A DNA stretch of 64,000 nucleotides, taken from an uncultured Candidatus Rokubacteria bacterium (GTDB lineage: Bacteria > Methylomirabilota > Methylomirabilia > Rokubacteriales > DASRDR01). Under the pieces are notes generated by a model. That model saw only the letters and a list, made by a program, of their open reading frames with translations, searched no databases and was not told where the DNA came from. A program made the position numbers and the translations under genes. The stretch is taken from NCBI GenBank assembly GCA_963805625.1, contig CAWDVE010000019.1, positions 608,001 to 672,000 of the forward strand. Direction: 5' to 3'. Shown here piece after piece: positions 18,012 to 27,439 of the stretch. The stretch's first letter is position 1; each line of letters starts with the position of its first letter.

Positions 18012-18944
18012 TCAGTCCTTGCCCACCTCCGCCCGCGCCGCGCGGATGAGCTCGGGAAAGCTGTAGCTGGGGATCGCGCAGCCCGGGGCGATGAAGAGCT
18101 TTCGCGTCCCGGCCTCCGCGACGGCCGAGCGGACCTGCTCCCGGATCTTGGCGGCCGACGTGTACGGGAAGTTCGCGTGGTCGAGACCGCCCATCAGGGC
18201 CCGCGGGCTGATCCGGCGCATCAGCGTGAGCGGCGGGCCGGACTCCCGGTCCGCCCACGAGATCGCGTGGACCGGATAGTCCTGGATCCGGTCCAGGTAA
18301 AGCTCCTTCCCGTGGGCGTGGAGCACGTGGAACTCTCCGAAGGGGCGGATGGCCTCGAGGAACGCGATGTCGAACGGACGCATGAACCGCTCATACTGCT
18401 CCGCCGTCAGGGACTCCGGCGTGGCGGGCACGGAGTAGAAGATGCCCGACGCTCCCCCGTGGAGGCTCGTGATCGCGTAGCGGATGAGGTTGTCGTTGAC
18501 GACCGCCAGCGCGGCCTCGAGCTCCGCCGGGTGCTCCTGCATGAACGGCCCCATTGCTTCCTTGAGAACGTTGCGCTTCAGCGTGTTCCACGCGTTGAAG
18601 ACCGTGTCCACGACCAGCGCCTTGCCCCGGAGCGACTGGCCGATCAGGCGGATCGCTTCCAGCTGCTCACCGAGCGGTCCCTGCCGGACGTCGAAGGCCG
18701 TGATCCGCTTGAGGTCGCGCGGGTCGGTGAGGCTCTCGATGCTGCGCGGCATCGGGTAGGAGTAGTCGTTCATGACCTTGAGCCAGTCGAGGTTGTAGGC
18801 CTCGAAGAACTCCACGTGAGTCTGGGCCGTGCGCTCCGCCGGCGCGTGCTGGAGCCCGAAGTGGTACCAGACGCTGAAGGGGGGCTGGTCGACCTCGGCT
18901 CCCGACAGGGCAGCCCGGACGCGCTCGATCTTCGTCATGGTCAT
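18012..18944 (-). CDS. Uroporphyrinogen decarboxylase (URO-D/MetE-like) family protein
   Basis: ERVRAALSGAEVDQPPFSVWYHF, VLHAHG, ISWAD, IAPGCAIP. Confidence 0.85.
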   Translation of the reverse strand: MTMTKIERVRAALSGAEVDQPPFSVWYHFGLQHAPAERTAQTHVEFFEAYNLDWLKVMNDYSYPMPRSIESLTDPRDLKRITAFDVRQGPLGEQLEAIRLIGQSLRGKALVVDTVFNAWNTLKRNVLKEAMGPFMQEHPAELEAALAVVNDNLIRYAITSLHGGASGIFYSVPATPESLTAEQYERFMRPFDIAFLEAIRPFGEFHVLHAHGKELYLDRIQDYPVHAISWADRESGPPLTLMRRISPRALMGGLDHANFPYTSAAKIREQVRSAVAEAGTRKLFIAPGCAIPSYSFPELIRAARAEVGKD

Positions 18945-18963
18945 GGCAGAGCTCCTCAGAGGG

Positions 18964-19503
18964 TCAGATGACGTAGAGCCAGGGACGCGTGAAGAGGGCG
19001 CCGGGCTTCCAGGATCCGGTCTCGGACAGCCAGCCGGTGGCCGCGTCGACGTCGGCCGTCCGGGCGACCGCCACCGTGCTTCCGTCCAGGAGGAAGCCCC
19101 CGAAGACGACACGGCCCGCGCCGCGCAGCTCGACGAGCGCGAGCTGGGCCATGTCGCGGTCGGCCGTGGGCCCCTCGACGACGAGGGCCGGACGGGAGCC
19201 GTCGAGGACCACCGGCGGCTCGGGCTCCCACGGGTCGACGAACGTCTCGAAGTTCCGCGGGACGTAGGCCGTCCACGCGCCCGCGCGGTGGTAGGGATCC
19301 TCCTCGACGATCGCGCGGAGGGCGCCGTGGTCCGGCACGCGATAGAAGAGCTCGGCGGTCCGGCCGCCCGGGTCGGGCCCGCCGGCCACGAGGGCGCCGG
19401 CCGCCCGGAGGTGGAGGAGTCGCTCGATGTGGGCCTGGCGGACCGGTGCCCGGCGGGCGAGGTAGTCCTCGGCGCAGGTGATCCGCACGTGAACGACGGT
19501 CAT
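18964..19503 (-). CDS. YciI-family protein with a second degenerate YciI-like domain
   Basis: YLARRAPVRQAHIERL...VAGGP...EEDPYHRAG. Confidence 0.7.
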   Translation of the reverse strand: MTVVHVRITCAEDYLARRAPVRQAHIERLLHLRAAGALVAGGPDPGGRTAELFYRVPDHGALRAIVEEDPYHRAGAWTAYVPRNFETFVDPWEPEPPVVLDGSRPALVVEGPTADRDMAQLALVELRGAGRVVFGGFLLDGSTVAVARTADVDAATGWLSETGSWKPGALFTRPWLYVI

Positions 19504-19606
19504 CAGTACTCCTCGAGCCTTTGCGAGCCTGGGGACTGCGGAACGGGGCCGTCCCCTTCCGGGGCATGATACCCCCGGACGGCGGCGCGCGGGGGGCCGA
19601 CCGGGG

Positions 19607-22165
19607 CTACTCGCCCCGAAGGACGGGCAGGGGCTTCCGGCCCAGCAGGCGGAACGTGCCCAGGAAGCCCACGCCGACGGCGAGGGCGACGGTTGCCAGG
19701 AGCGCCACGCCGACGGGGGCCACCTCGAGCACCGGGGGCACGTCGAGAACGAAGCGCAGGACGAGCCACGCCGTGAGGGCGCCGGTCGTCGCCCCGCCGA
19801 GCCCGGCCACCAGCCCGAGACAGCCGTACTCGACGGCGAAGGCGCGCGCCACCCGGCCTCGCGTGGCGCCGAGGGTGCGAAGGAGCACCGACTCGTAGAG
19901 CCGCTGCGCTCGGCTCTGGGCGAGGGCCTCGGCCATCACGGTGAAGCCGGCGCCGAGGACGAAGAGCGCGACCAGCCGGACCGCGACCGCGATGCGGTCG
20001 ACCACGCCCGTCACACGCTCGAGGACGTCGCGGACCGGGATGGCCGTGACGTTCGGGAAGGCCGCCGCGACGCGCTCCTGGACGGCGCCGTCCGCGCCGG
20101 GGGGGACCCGAGCCGTCGCCAGGTAGGCGAGCGGCGCTCCGTCGAGCGGCCCCGGCGAGAAGATCACGAAGAAGTTCGCGCCGAGCGTCTGCCAGTCCAC
20201 CTTGCGGAGGCTCAGCACCTCTGCTTGCACCGGCACCCCCTGGACGTCGAAGGTGAGGGTGCCGCCGAGGTCGACGCCGAGCGCGCGCGCCGCTTCCGCC
20301 TCGACCGAGACCCACGCCCGGCCCCGGTCGCTCGCGGTCCACCAGCGGCCGCGGGTGACGACCGTGCCCGCCGGCGGCTCGTCGGCGAACGTCAAGACGT
20401 ACTCGCGCGTGAAGCGCCACGCATCCTCGCGGCCCGCCCATCGCTCGCGCACGATCGGCGTTCCGTTGATCCCGGTGAGCCGCGCGCGGACGATGGGCAC
20501 GAGCGCTGCGGGGGACGCGCCGGGGATGGCCGCGATCGTCTGGCGGAAGGCGTCCGCCTGATCCGGCTGCACGTCGACGAAGAAGAAGGAGGGCGCCTCG
20601 CGGCGGCGCTCGAGGTCGAGCTGACGCGTGAGCCCCCGTTCGAGGAGCGCGACGGCGGTCAGGAGCGTCACACCGATGCCAAGCGCCACCGTCACCCCGA
20701 TCGTCTGGCTTCCGGGGCGGGTCAGCGCGTGGAGCCCCTGGCGCCACGCGAGGGAGCGCGGGCGCGGGAGCCGCCCGGCGAGCCGCCGGGTGGCCCACGC
20801 GGCGAGGACGAGGAGGCCGAGCGCTCCCGCGGCCGCCGCGAGGAAGATGGCGCCGATCCGGAGCGGGCCCGCTTGCCAGAGCGCGAGCGCGGCCAGTCCG
20901 CCGGCCACGGCGCCCCCGGTCGCCCAGGGTCGGCGCGGCCGCACGCTCCCGGCGTTGACCGGGTGCCGGAGCAGGATCGCCGGCGGCACGGCACGCGCAG
21001 AGAGGAGCGGCCAGAGCGCGAAGAGGAGCGTCGCCAGGCACCCGGCCAGGAGCCCGGTCGCCACGGCCCCGGGAGCTGCGCGCGCCTCGAGGTCGAAGGG
21101 GACGAACGGCTGGAGCAGCGGCCCGAGCGCGAGCTGGGCGGCGGTGCCGAGGGCCGCGCCCGCGAGGCTCCCGAGCACGCCGAGGGCAAGCGCCTGGACG
21201 ACGTACACCGCGGTCAGCGTCCGCGCGCTCGCCCCGAGGCAGCGGAGGATGGCGATCGTCCCCACCTTTCGCGCGAGGAACGCGCGCACGGCGGCCGCCA
21301 CGCCGATGCCGCCGACGAGCAGGCTCGTGACGCCCACCAGGCGAAGGTAGGTGGTGAGCTGGTCGAAGAAGCGGCGGAGCCCGGGCTGAGCCTCGTCGAA
21401 GGTGGCGACGCGCACGGCAGGGTCCGCCATCGCCTCGATCAGGGCGGCCCGCGCCGCGCGCGGCTCGAGCCCGGCGGGGAGGCGCACGAGCGTGCGGTGC
21501 CGCACGCGGCTGCCGAACCGGACGAGCCCCGTCGCCTCGAGGCTCGCGGCGTTCAGGAGCACGCGCGGCCCGAGCGTGAAGAGCGACGCTGCCCGGTCGG
21601 GCTCCTTCCGGACGATGCCGGTCACGGTGAGGTTCGCGTCGCCGATGGCGAGCGTGTCGCCGGTCGCAAGGCCGAGCCGCCCGAGGACGGCTTCCTCGAC
21701 CACGACGCCTCCGCCGGCGAGGAGCTGGTCGAGCGGCCGCGCGGGCACGGTGTCGAGCCGCCCATAGAGGGGATAGCCGCCGTCGACCGCCTTCAGCTCG
21801 ACGAGGAGCGTGCCGCCCCGGGCGGGATTCCGGGCCATCGCCACCAGCTCGCGCACCCGGGCCACGGCCGCGCCGCGTCGCGCGAGGTCCCGGACCGGCG
21901 CCTCCGCCGCGGGATCGAGCGGGCGGCCCGAGCGCAGCTCGACGTCACCCCCGAGGAGGGCGCGCGCCTCCCGGCCGAGCGAACGGTCGAGCGACGCGGC
22001 CACACTCAGGACCGCCACGAGGGCGCCCACCCCGAGCGCGATGCACGCGAGGAAGCCAGCGAAGTGTCGCCACGCGCCGCGCGTCTCCCGCCAGGCGAGG
22101 CCCGCGACGAGACGCCAGGGGAGAGCGGGGGGCTCGGGCGCGGCAGCCAACGGCGGCGGCCTCAC
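19607..22165 (-). CDS. ybbP: YbbP-like FtsX-family ABC permease
   Basis: LAWRETRG, EARALLGGD, YPLYG, APSFFFVDVQPDQ, LLRTLGA. Confidence 0.88.
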   Translation of the reverse strand: MRPPPLAAAPEPPALPWRLVAGLAWRETRGAWRHFAGFLACIALGVGALVAVLSVAASLDRSLGREARALLGGDVELRSGRPLDPAAEAPVRDLARRGAAVARVRELVAMARNPARGGTLLVELKAVDGGYPLYGRLDTVPARPLDQLLAGGGVVVEEAVLGRLGLATGDTLAIGDANLTVTGIVRKEPDRAASLFTLGPRVLLNAASLEATGLVRFGSRVRHRTLVRLPAGLEPRAARAALIEAMADPAVRVATFDEAQPGLRRFFDQLTTYLRLVGVTSLLVGGIGVAAAVRAFLARKVGTIAILRCLGASARTLTAVYVVQALALGVLGSLAGAALGTAAQLALGPLLQPFVPFDLEARAAPGAVATGLLAGCLATLLFALWPLLSARAVPPAILLRHPVNAGSVRPRRPWATGGAVAGGLAALALWQAGPLRIGAIFLAAAAGALGLLVLAAWATRRLAGRLPRPRSLAWRQGLHALTRPGSQTIGVTVALGIGVTLLTAVALLERGLTRQLDLERRREAPSFFFVDVQPDQADAFRQTIAAIPGASPAALVPIVRARLTGINGTPIVRERWAGREDAWRFTREYVLTFADEPPAGTVVTRGRWWTASDRGRAWVSVEAEAARALGVDLGGTLTFDVQGVPVQAEVLSLRKVDWQTLGANFFVIFSPGPLDGAPLAYLATARVPPGADGAVQERVAAAFPNVTAIPVRDVLERVTGVVDRIAVAVRLVALFVLGAGFTVMAEALAQSRAQRLYESVLLRTLGATRGRVARAFAVEYGCLGLVAGLGGATTGALTAWLVLRFVLDVPPVLEVAPVGVALLATVALAVGVGFLGTFRLLGRKPLPVLRGE

Positions 22166-22842
22166 GTGGCGGCGCGGTCCCCCACCACGCGGCCGTCCCG
22201 GAGCTCCACGATCCGCTCGGCGTGGGCGGCGAGAGCGGGGTCGTGGGTCACCAGGATCAGCGTCGTCCCGTGGCGCCGGTGGAGGCCGACGAGGAGATCG
22301 ACGATCTGGGCGCCCGTCGCGGAGTCGAGGTTGCCCGTTGGCTCGTCCGCGAGTACGAGACCCGGGCGGTTCGCGACGGCCCGCGCGAGTGCGACCCGCT
22401 GCTGCTCGCCACCCGACAGCTCCGCGGGGTAGTGGTCCACGCGCATCTTGAGCCCCACCTCCTCGAGGAGCGCGCTCGCCTGCCGGGCGGGCTCCCGCAC
22501 GCCCGCCAGCTCGAGCGGGATGGCGACGTTCTCGAGCGCGGTGAGCGTCGGGATCAAGTGGAAGGCCTGGAACACGTAGCCGATCTTCGCGAGGCGGAGC
22601 CGGGCGAGAGCGTCCTCGTCGAGGGAGGCGAGATCGACACCGTCCACCCGGATGGAGCCCGCCGTCGGACGGTCGAGCCCGGCGACCAGCCCGAGGAGGG
22701 TGGACTTGCCGCTCCCGGACGGGCCCGTGATCGCCACGAACTGGCCCGGGGGGACGTCCAGCGTGACGCCGTCCAGGATGGTCACGACGCCGGCGGCGCT
22801 CCGGAGCCGCATGACGAGGTCGCGGACCTGGACCATGCGCAC
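22162..22842 (-). CDS. ybbA: YbbA-like ABC ATP-binding protein
   Basis: GPSGSGKST, LSGGEQQR, LADEPTGNLD. Confidence 0.88.
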   Translation of the reverse strand: MRMVQVRDLVMRLRSAAGVVTILDGVTLDVPPGQFVAITGPSGSGKSTLLGLVAGLDRPTAGSIRVDGVDLASLDEDALARLRLAKIGYVFQAFHLIPTLTALENVAIPLELAGVREPARQASALLEEVGLKMRVDHYPAELSGGEQQRVALARAVANRPGLVLADEPTGNLDSATGAQIVDLLVGLHRRHGTTLILVTHDPALAAHAERIVELRDGRVVGDRAAT

Positions 22843-22861
22843 CTCATATTACACTGTACTC

Positions 22862-23488
22862 ATGCGGCGACTCCGTGCAGGTGGGATCGCGCTGGTGCTC
22901 GGCATCCTGGCCGGGCTCGCCTCGCCCGCTCCAGGGAGCGAGCGCGTCGTCGTCGCCTTCGGCGACAGCCTAACGGCGGGCCTCGGCGTGGCCGCCGACG
23001 AGGCGTGGCCCGCACTGGTCGAGGCCCGGCTCAGGCGCGAGGGCTACCCGTACCGCGTCGTGAACGCCGGCGTGAGCGGAGACACGACGGCCGGCGGTCT
23101 CCGCCGGGTGGACTGGGTGCTGCGGAACCGGCCCGAGGTGGCCGTGGTCGCGCTCGGCGCGAACGACGGGCTCCGCGGCCTCGCGACCGACGCCATGGAG
23201 AGGAATCTCGTCGCGATCGTCGAGCGCCTCCGGGCCGGCGGGGCGCGTGTCCTCGTCGCGGGGATGGAGGTGCCGCCCAACTACGGGGCGGCGTACACGC
23301 GCGCGTTCCGCGGGGTGTTTCCCGACGTCGCGCGGCGGACGGGGTCGGCGCTGATGCCGTTCCTTCTTGCCGGTGTCGCGGCCGACCCTCGCCTGAACCT
23401 GGCCGACGGCATTCACCCGAACGCCGCCGGCTACCAGGCCATCGCCGAGCACGTCTGGCCCTACCTGATCGCGCTGCTGACGCGATGA
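22862..23488 (+). CDS. tesA: SGNH arylesterase / acyl-CoA thioesterase I
   Basis: Signal peptide, FGDSLTAG, NAGVSGDTT, LGANDGLRG, DGIHPN; divergent from ybbA. Confidence 0.9.
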   Translation: MRRLRAGGIALVLGILAGLASPAPGSERVVVAFGDSLTAGLGVAADEAWPALVEARLRREGYPYRVVNAGVSGDTTAGGLRRVDWVLRNRPEVAVVALGANDGLRGLATDAMERNLVAIVERLRAGGARVLVAGMEVPPNYGAAYTRAFRGVFPDVARRTGSALMPFLLAGVAADPRLNLADGIHPNAAGYQAIAEHVWPYLIALLTR

Positions 23489-24459
23489 GGCGATCCAGCT
23501 CCGTGGCGGCTCTGATGGGCGTTCGGCGAGTCCGGTGGTGGGCGGCGCTCCTCGCGAGCGCCTTCGTCCTCGCGGGCTGTGCCGGCGCCGCGCCTTCGCC
23601 AGCGGCGGACAATCGAAAGCGGCTCGCCTTCGGGCCCGATGCGGATCTCGAAGCCACGGCCCGGCTGGTCGCGGCTCGCGCCGGGAGCGCCGAGGTGGTG
23701 TACCTCGGAGAGCTTCACGACAACCCGCAGCACCACGCCATCCAGGCCCGGATCCTCGCGGCCTTGCTCGCGGCCGGCGCCCGCCCCGCGCTCGCGTTCG
23801 AGATGGTCCCGGAGACCCGGCAGGCGGCACTGGAGGCCGCGGTCCAGGGCGACGCGGGCCAGGCCGAGGTCGATCGGTTGATCGGCTGGAGCGCCCAGGG
23901 CTGGCCCGACTTCACCATGTACTGGCCTCTCTTCGAGCTCGCGCGGAAGCACCACCTCCCCGTCGTGGGAACGGATGTGGACCCCGCCGTCGTCCGTCGG
24001 ATCGGTCGTGACGGCCTCGGCGCCGCGGGACCGGATCCCGCGCGGCTCCGCTCGGCTCTCCCGGATGATCCGATGCGGGACCAGGCGATCGCGCGGCGGC
24101 TCCGGGCGGCCCACTGCGACCAGATCACCGAGGATCGCGCGATCCGGATGCTCGAGGGCTGGTACGCGCGCAACGTGGTCATCGCGCGGCGCGTGAGTGG
24201 CGGCCTGGAGCGGGCGTCCCAGGTCGTCGTGATCATCGGGCGCGGTCACCAGTCGCCGGGCGGCGTGCCGGAGCAGCTCGCTGCCCTCCGCCCCGGGACC
24301 CGTCAGCTCGCGGTCGGCCTCTTCGAGGGCGAGGCCGACGGGACCACCGAGCCCCTGTCCGACATCGTGTGGGTGACGCCGGCCCGCCCGCGTGTCAACC
24401 CCTGCCTCTCCCTCCCCCAGCGCCTCGGGGGACTCACCCGAGAAGGAGCGACGCAATGA
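23485..24459 (+). CDS. ChaN-family (haem-uptake/Tiki fold) lipoprotein
   Basis: Lipobox LAGC, YLGELHDNPQHHAIQ, LAFEM, IGRGH. Confidence 0.85.
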   Translation: MRRSSSVAALMGVRRVRWWAALLASAFVLAGCAGAAPSPAADNRKRLAFGPDADLEATARLVAARAGSAEVVYLGELHDNPQHHAIQARILAALLAAGARPALAFEMVPETRQAALEAAVQGDAGQAEVDRLIGWSAQGWPDFTMYWPLFELARKHHLPVVGTDVDPAVVRRIGRDGLGAAGPDPARLRSALPDDPMRDQAIARRLRAAHCDQITEDRAIRMLEGWYARNVVIARRVSGGLERASQVVVIIGRGHQSPGGVPEQLAALRPGTRQLAVGLFEGEADGTTEPLSDIVWVTPARPRVNPCLSLPQRLGGLTREGATQ

Positions 24460-26096
24460 CCGGTGGCGACGCGCTCGTCCAGACCCTGCTCGCCCACGGC
24501 GTCACCCAGGGCTTCGGCGTTCCAGGTGAGAGCTACCTCGCCGTCCTCGAGGGGCTCCGCCGCGAGCGGGCGCGCTTCCGCCTGGTCGTCACCCGTCACG
24601 AGTCGGGCGCGACCTTCGCGGCCGAGGCGTACGGCAAGCTCGCGCGGCGTCCGGCGGCCGCCTTCGTCACCCGCGGCCCGGGGGCGACCAACGCCGCGAT
24701 CGGGATCCACACGGCGATGCAGGACTCGACGCCCGTCCTCCTCTTCGTCGGCCACGTCCCGACCCACGCCAAGGGGCGCGAGGCGTTCCAGGAGATCGAC
24801 TACCACCGCATGTACGCGCCCGTCGCCAAGGCGGTGCTGGAGCCGGAGTCGGGCGCCGACGTGGCCGAGTGCACGGCGCGGGCGATCCGGCTGTCCGTGG
24901 CCGGCCGCCCCGGGCCCGTCGTCGTGATCCTGCCGGAGGACGTCACCGAGGCGGGCGCGGGAGACGCCCCGATCCCGGTGTCGCCCCCGCGTCTCCGCGC
25001 CGTGCCGGCGCCGGAGGGAGTGCGGGAGGCGGCGCGTCTGGTCGCCAACGCGCGCCACCCGCTGGTGATCGCGGGCGAGATGGCGGCCTTCGAGGACGCC
25101 ACCTCGGCGCTCGTCCGGTTCGCGGAAGCGAGCGGCGCCGGCGTCGTGACGGCGTGGCGCCGCCAGGACACCTTCCCGAACGACCATCCGGCGTATCTCG
25201 GCCACTTCGGGATCGGGCGGGCGCCGTTCCAGCGCGAGGCGTGGGCGACGTGCGACGTGGTGATCGCGGCCGGCACGCGGCTCGACGACATCACGACCGA
25301 GGAGTTCACCCTCCTCCGGCCCGACCAGCGGCTCGTTCACATTCACACCGATCCTGGGATCCTCGCGCGGTGGCGGGCCGACGTGCCGCTGGCGGCGGAC
25401 ACGGGCGTGACGCTCCTCGCGCTGGCCGAGGCCCTCGGTGGTGGATCGCCGCCGCCGGCCCGCCTCGCGTGGCGCGAGCGGCTCCACGCCGAGTTCCTCG
25501 CCTTCACTCGGCCGGGGCAGGTGCCCGTGCGCGGCGCCGTCGATCCCGCGCGCGTGGTGGAGGCCGTGACGGCGGCCCTCCCGGCCGAGGCGATCGTGGT
25601 CAACGACGCGGGCAACTTCGCGGGCTGGGTGCACCGCTACCACCGCTTTCGCCTGTCGGGCACCCAGGCCGCGCCCTCCTCGGGCGCGATGGGCTACGGC
25701 GTGCCCGCGTCGATCGGCGCGAAGCTGGCCCGCCCGGACCGTCCCGTCGTGGCCTTCGTGGGAGACGGCGGGTTCCTCATGACCGGGCAGGAGCTGGTGA
25801 CGGCCGTCCAGGAGGGGCTGGCGGTGAAGGTGGTGCTGGGAGACAACGGCGCCTACGGCACCATCGCCATGCACCAGCACAAGCGCATCGGTCCGGACGG
25901 GCTCTTCGCGGTCCACCTCCGGAGTCCCGACTTCGCGGCCGTCGCGCGGGCGTACGGCGTCGCCGCGTTCGCGGTCGAGAAGACGGCGGAGTTCGCCGAC
26001 GCGTTCGCGGCCGCGTTGGCGCATCCCGGCCCCGCGCTCGTCCACGTGAAGACAGACCTCCGGGACATCTCGCCCGCGGGCCCGCTTCCGGCCTGA
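24456..26096 (+). CDS. Thiamine diphosphate-dependent enzyme (acetolactate synthase-like)
   Basis: FGVPGESYL, RHESGA, GAMGYG, GDGGFLM...DNGAYG. Confidence 0.9.
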   Translation: MTGGDALVQTLLAHGVTQGFGVPGESYLAVLEGLRRERARFRLVVTRHESGATFAAEAYGKLARRPAAAFVTRGPGATNAAIGIHTAMQDSTPVLLFVGHVPTHAKGREAFQEIDYHRMYAPVAKAVLEPESGADVAECTARAIRLSVAGRPGPVVVILPEDVTEAGAGDAPIPVSPPRLRAVPAPEGVREAARLVANARHPLVIAGEMAAFEDATSALVRFAEASGAGVVTAWRRQDTFPNDHPAYLGHFGIGRAPFQREAWATCDVVIAAGTRLDDITTEEFTLLRPDQRLVHIHTDPGILARWRADVPLAADTGVTLLALAEALGGGSPPPARLAWRERLHAEFLAFTRPGQVPVRGAVDPARVVEAVTAALPAEAIVVNDAGNFAGWVHRYHRFRLSGTQAAPSSGAMGYGVPASIGAKLARPDRPVVAFVGDGGFLMTGQELVTAVQEGLAVKVVLGDNGAYGTIAMHQHKRIGPDGLFAVHLRSPDFAAVARAYGVAAFAVEKTAEFADAFAAALAHPGPALVHVKTDLRDISPAGPLPA

Positions 26097-26116
26097 GCGG
26101 GCTGCCGCCGGTCCTC

Positions 26117-26160
26117 CGCGCGGCTGGCGCGCGGCTGGGCGCGGCGGGCGCGCGGCTGGG
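26117..26160. repeat. Short imperfect tandem repeat
   Basis: CGCGCGGCTGG three times plus one degenerate copy, between convergent genes. Confidence 0.5.
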
Positions 26161-26175
26161 GTCCCAGCCCTCTGG

Positions 26176-26841
26176 CTAGCAGGGCGGTGGTCGGACGGGC
26201 ACCTCCCCGTCCGGGATCGCCAGCCCGGTCAGCTTCACCTCGGTCTGACCGTCGAACGCCCGGATCCGCGCCTGCGCGAGCAGCTCGGTGAACGTCCCAG
26301 CGCCGTCGACGAATGGGGTGACCGCCGCCTTCGGCAGGAAGACGACGAGCGTTTCACCGATCGGCGGATCGCCTCCCGGCGGCTTGACCCAGGTGAGGAC
26401 GAGGCCGTAGCCCCCGACGCGAGCATCCGCGTGAATGACCTCCCGTGCAACGAGCTGTGGGAGGAGCTTCGGCGCGTAGCGACGGAAGGCCTCGGTTGCG
26501 CGAGCGCCGATGCCATCACTGGGCAAGGCTGGTTCATTGGGGATCCAGACCCACGTCGCGAGGTAGGGCAGCAGCCCTTCGATTCCGAGCGGCCGCCGGA
26601 AGCCGAGGCCGTGCTGGTGGAAGTCCAGCTCGGGCGTGCAACGTCGAACCGACTGATAGAAAGCTTGGAGCTCGCCGAGGTACGCCTGGGCCAACACCCG
26701 GCCGTCCTGGGCCTTGTACTCTGCGATCGGGAAGATCGCCTCCTCGACCGGCCGCTGGGGCCACCCGGCACGGGCTCCGAGGACCAGGATCGCGATCGTG
26801 GCCCCCGCCGCCCACCAACGGATCCGCCTTCTCATCGTCAT
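26176..26841 (-). CDS. Hypothetical exported protein
   Basis: Basic and hydrophobic N-terminal signal; 221-aa ORF with protein-like composition. Confidence 0.7.
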   Translation of the reverse strand: MTMRRRIRWWAAGATIAILVLGARAGWPQRPVEEAIFPIAEYKAQDGRVLAQAYLGELQAFYQSVRRCTPELDFHQHGLGFRRPLGIEGLLPYLATWVWIPNEPALPSDGIGARATEAFRRYAPKLLPQLVAREVIHADARVGGYGLVLTWVKPPGGDPPIGETLVVFLPKAAVTPFVDGAGTFTELLAQARIRAFDGQTEVKLTGLAIPDGEVPVRPPPC

Positions 26842-26868
26842 CTGGCCATCGTGCGACGTCCGCGTTCG

Positions 26869-27120
26869 CTAGTTCTGGAAGATCTGGTCCGGGCGCACCA
26901 CCACGGGACTCCCCCACCACGACTGGGCGGTGGCCTCCCGAGTGTCCGCGCTGGTCACCCTCGGGGTCTTGCCCTGGTTCTTGAGGGAGAACGCCATGTG
27001 GTCGCCTGACGCGAAGTGAGTCGAGTGCGACTTCCACTCCTGCCAGTCCTGGGACGCGCAGCCGGTGCCGACGACGACACCCGCGAGAAACAACAGAGCG
27101 ATCGGGATTCTAAGGCGCAT
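26869..27120 (-). CDS. Small hypothetical lipoprotein (83 aa)
   Basis: GGAGG RBS; MRLRIPIALLFLAGVVVGTGC lipobox, then WQEWKSHSTHFASGDHMAFS...SWWG. Confidence 0.8.
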   Translation of the reverse strand: MRLRIPIALLFLAGVVVGTGCASQDWQEWKSHSTHFASGDHMAFSLKNQGKTPRVTSADTREATAQSWWGSPVVVRPDQIFQN

Positions 27121-27340
27121 CGGGGACCCTCCATGGGTGAGGGAGACGAACATCGAAGGTGAGCGACCTTCCCAGCATATCCGAGAGCCGGGGACTGCCG
27201 CAATTGCCCGTCTCGCCCGCGGCCCCGCTGCCGGCCTGAGCCGGCCTGGCTCGGGAGGGTGGTCACACCCACGAACCCCGGCGCTCGGCCCATGGATCGG
27301 GACCTCCGGTCTCGAGCGTGTCGCGGCTCCTGGCGCGGTG

Positions 27341-27369
27341 TTGACGCCGCCGGGGCACTCTGGGAACAT
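27341..27369 (+). promoter_or_regulatory. Possible sigma70 promoter for the ABC operon
   Basis: TTGACG-N17-GAACAT about 70 nt upstream of the SBP start. Confidence 0.35.
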
Positions 27370-27439
27370 CGACCGCCGGGTCTGCGGCAGACCCCTCTCG
27401 ACCTCGAACGCGACCGTCCGCCAGACGAGGAGGCGCACG

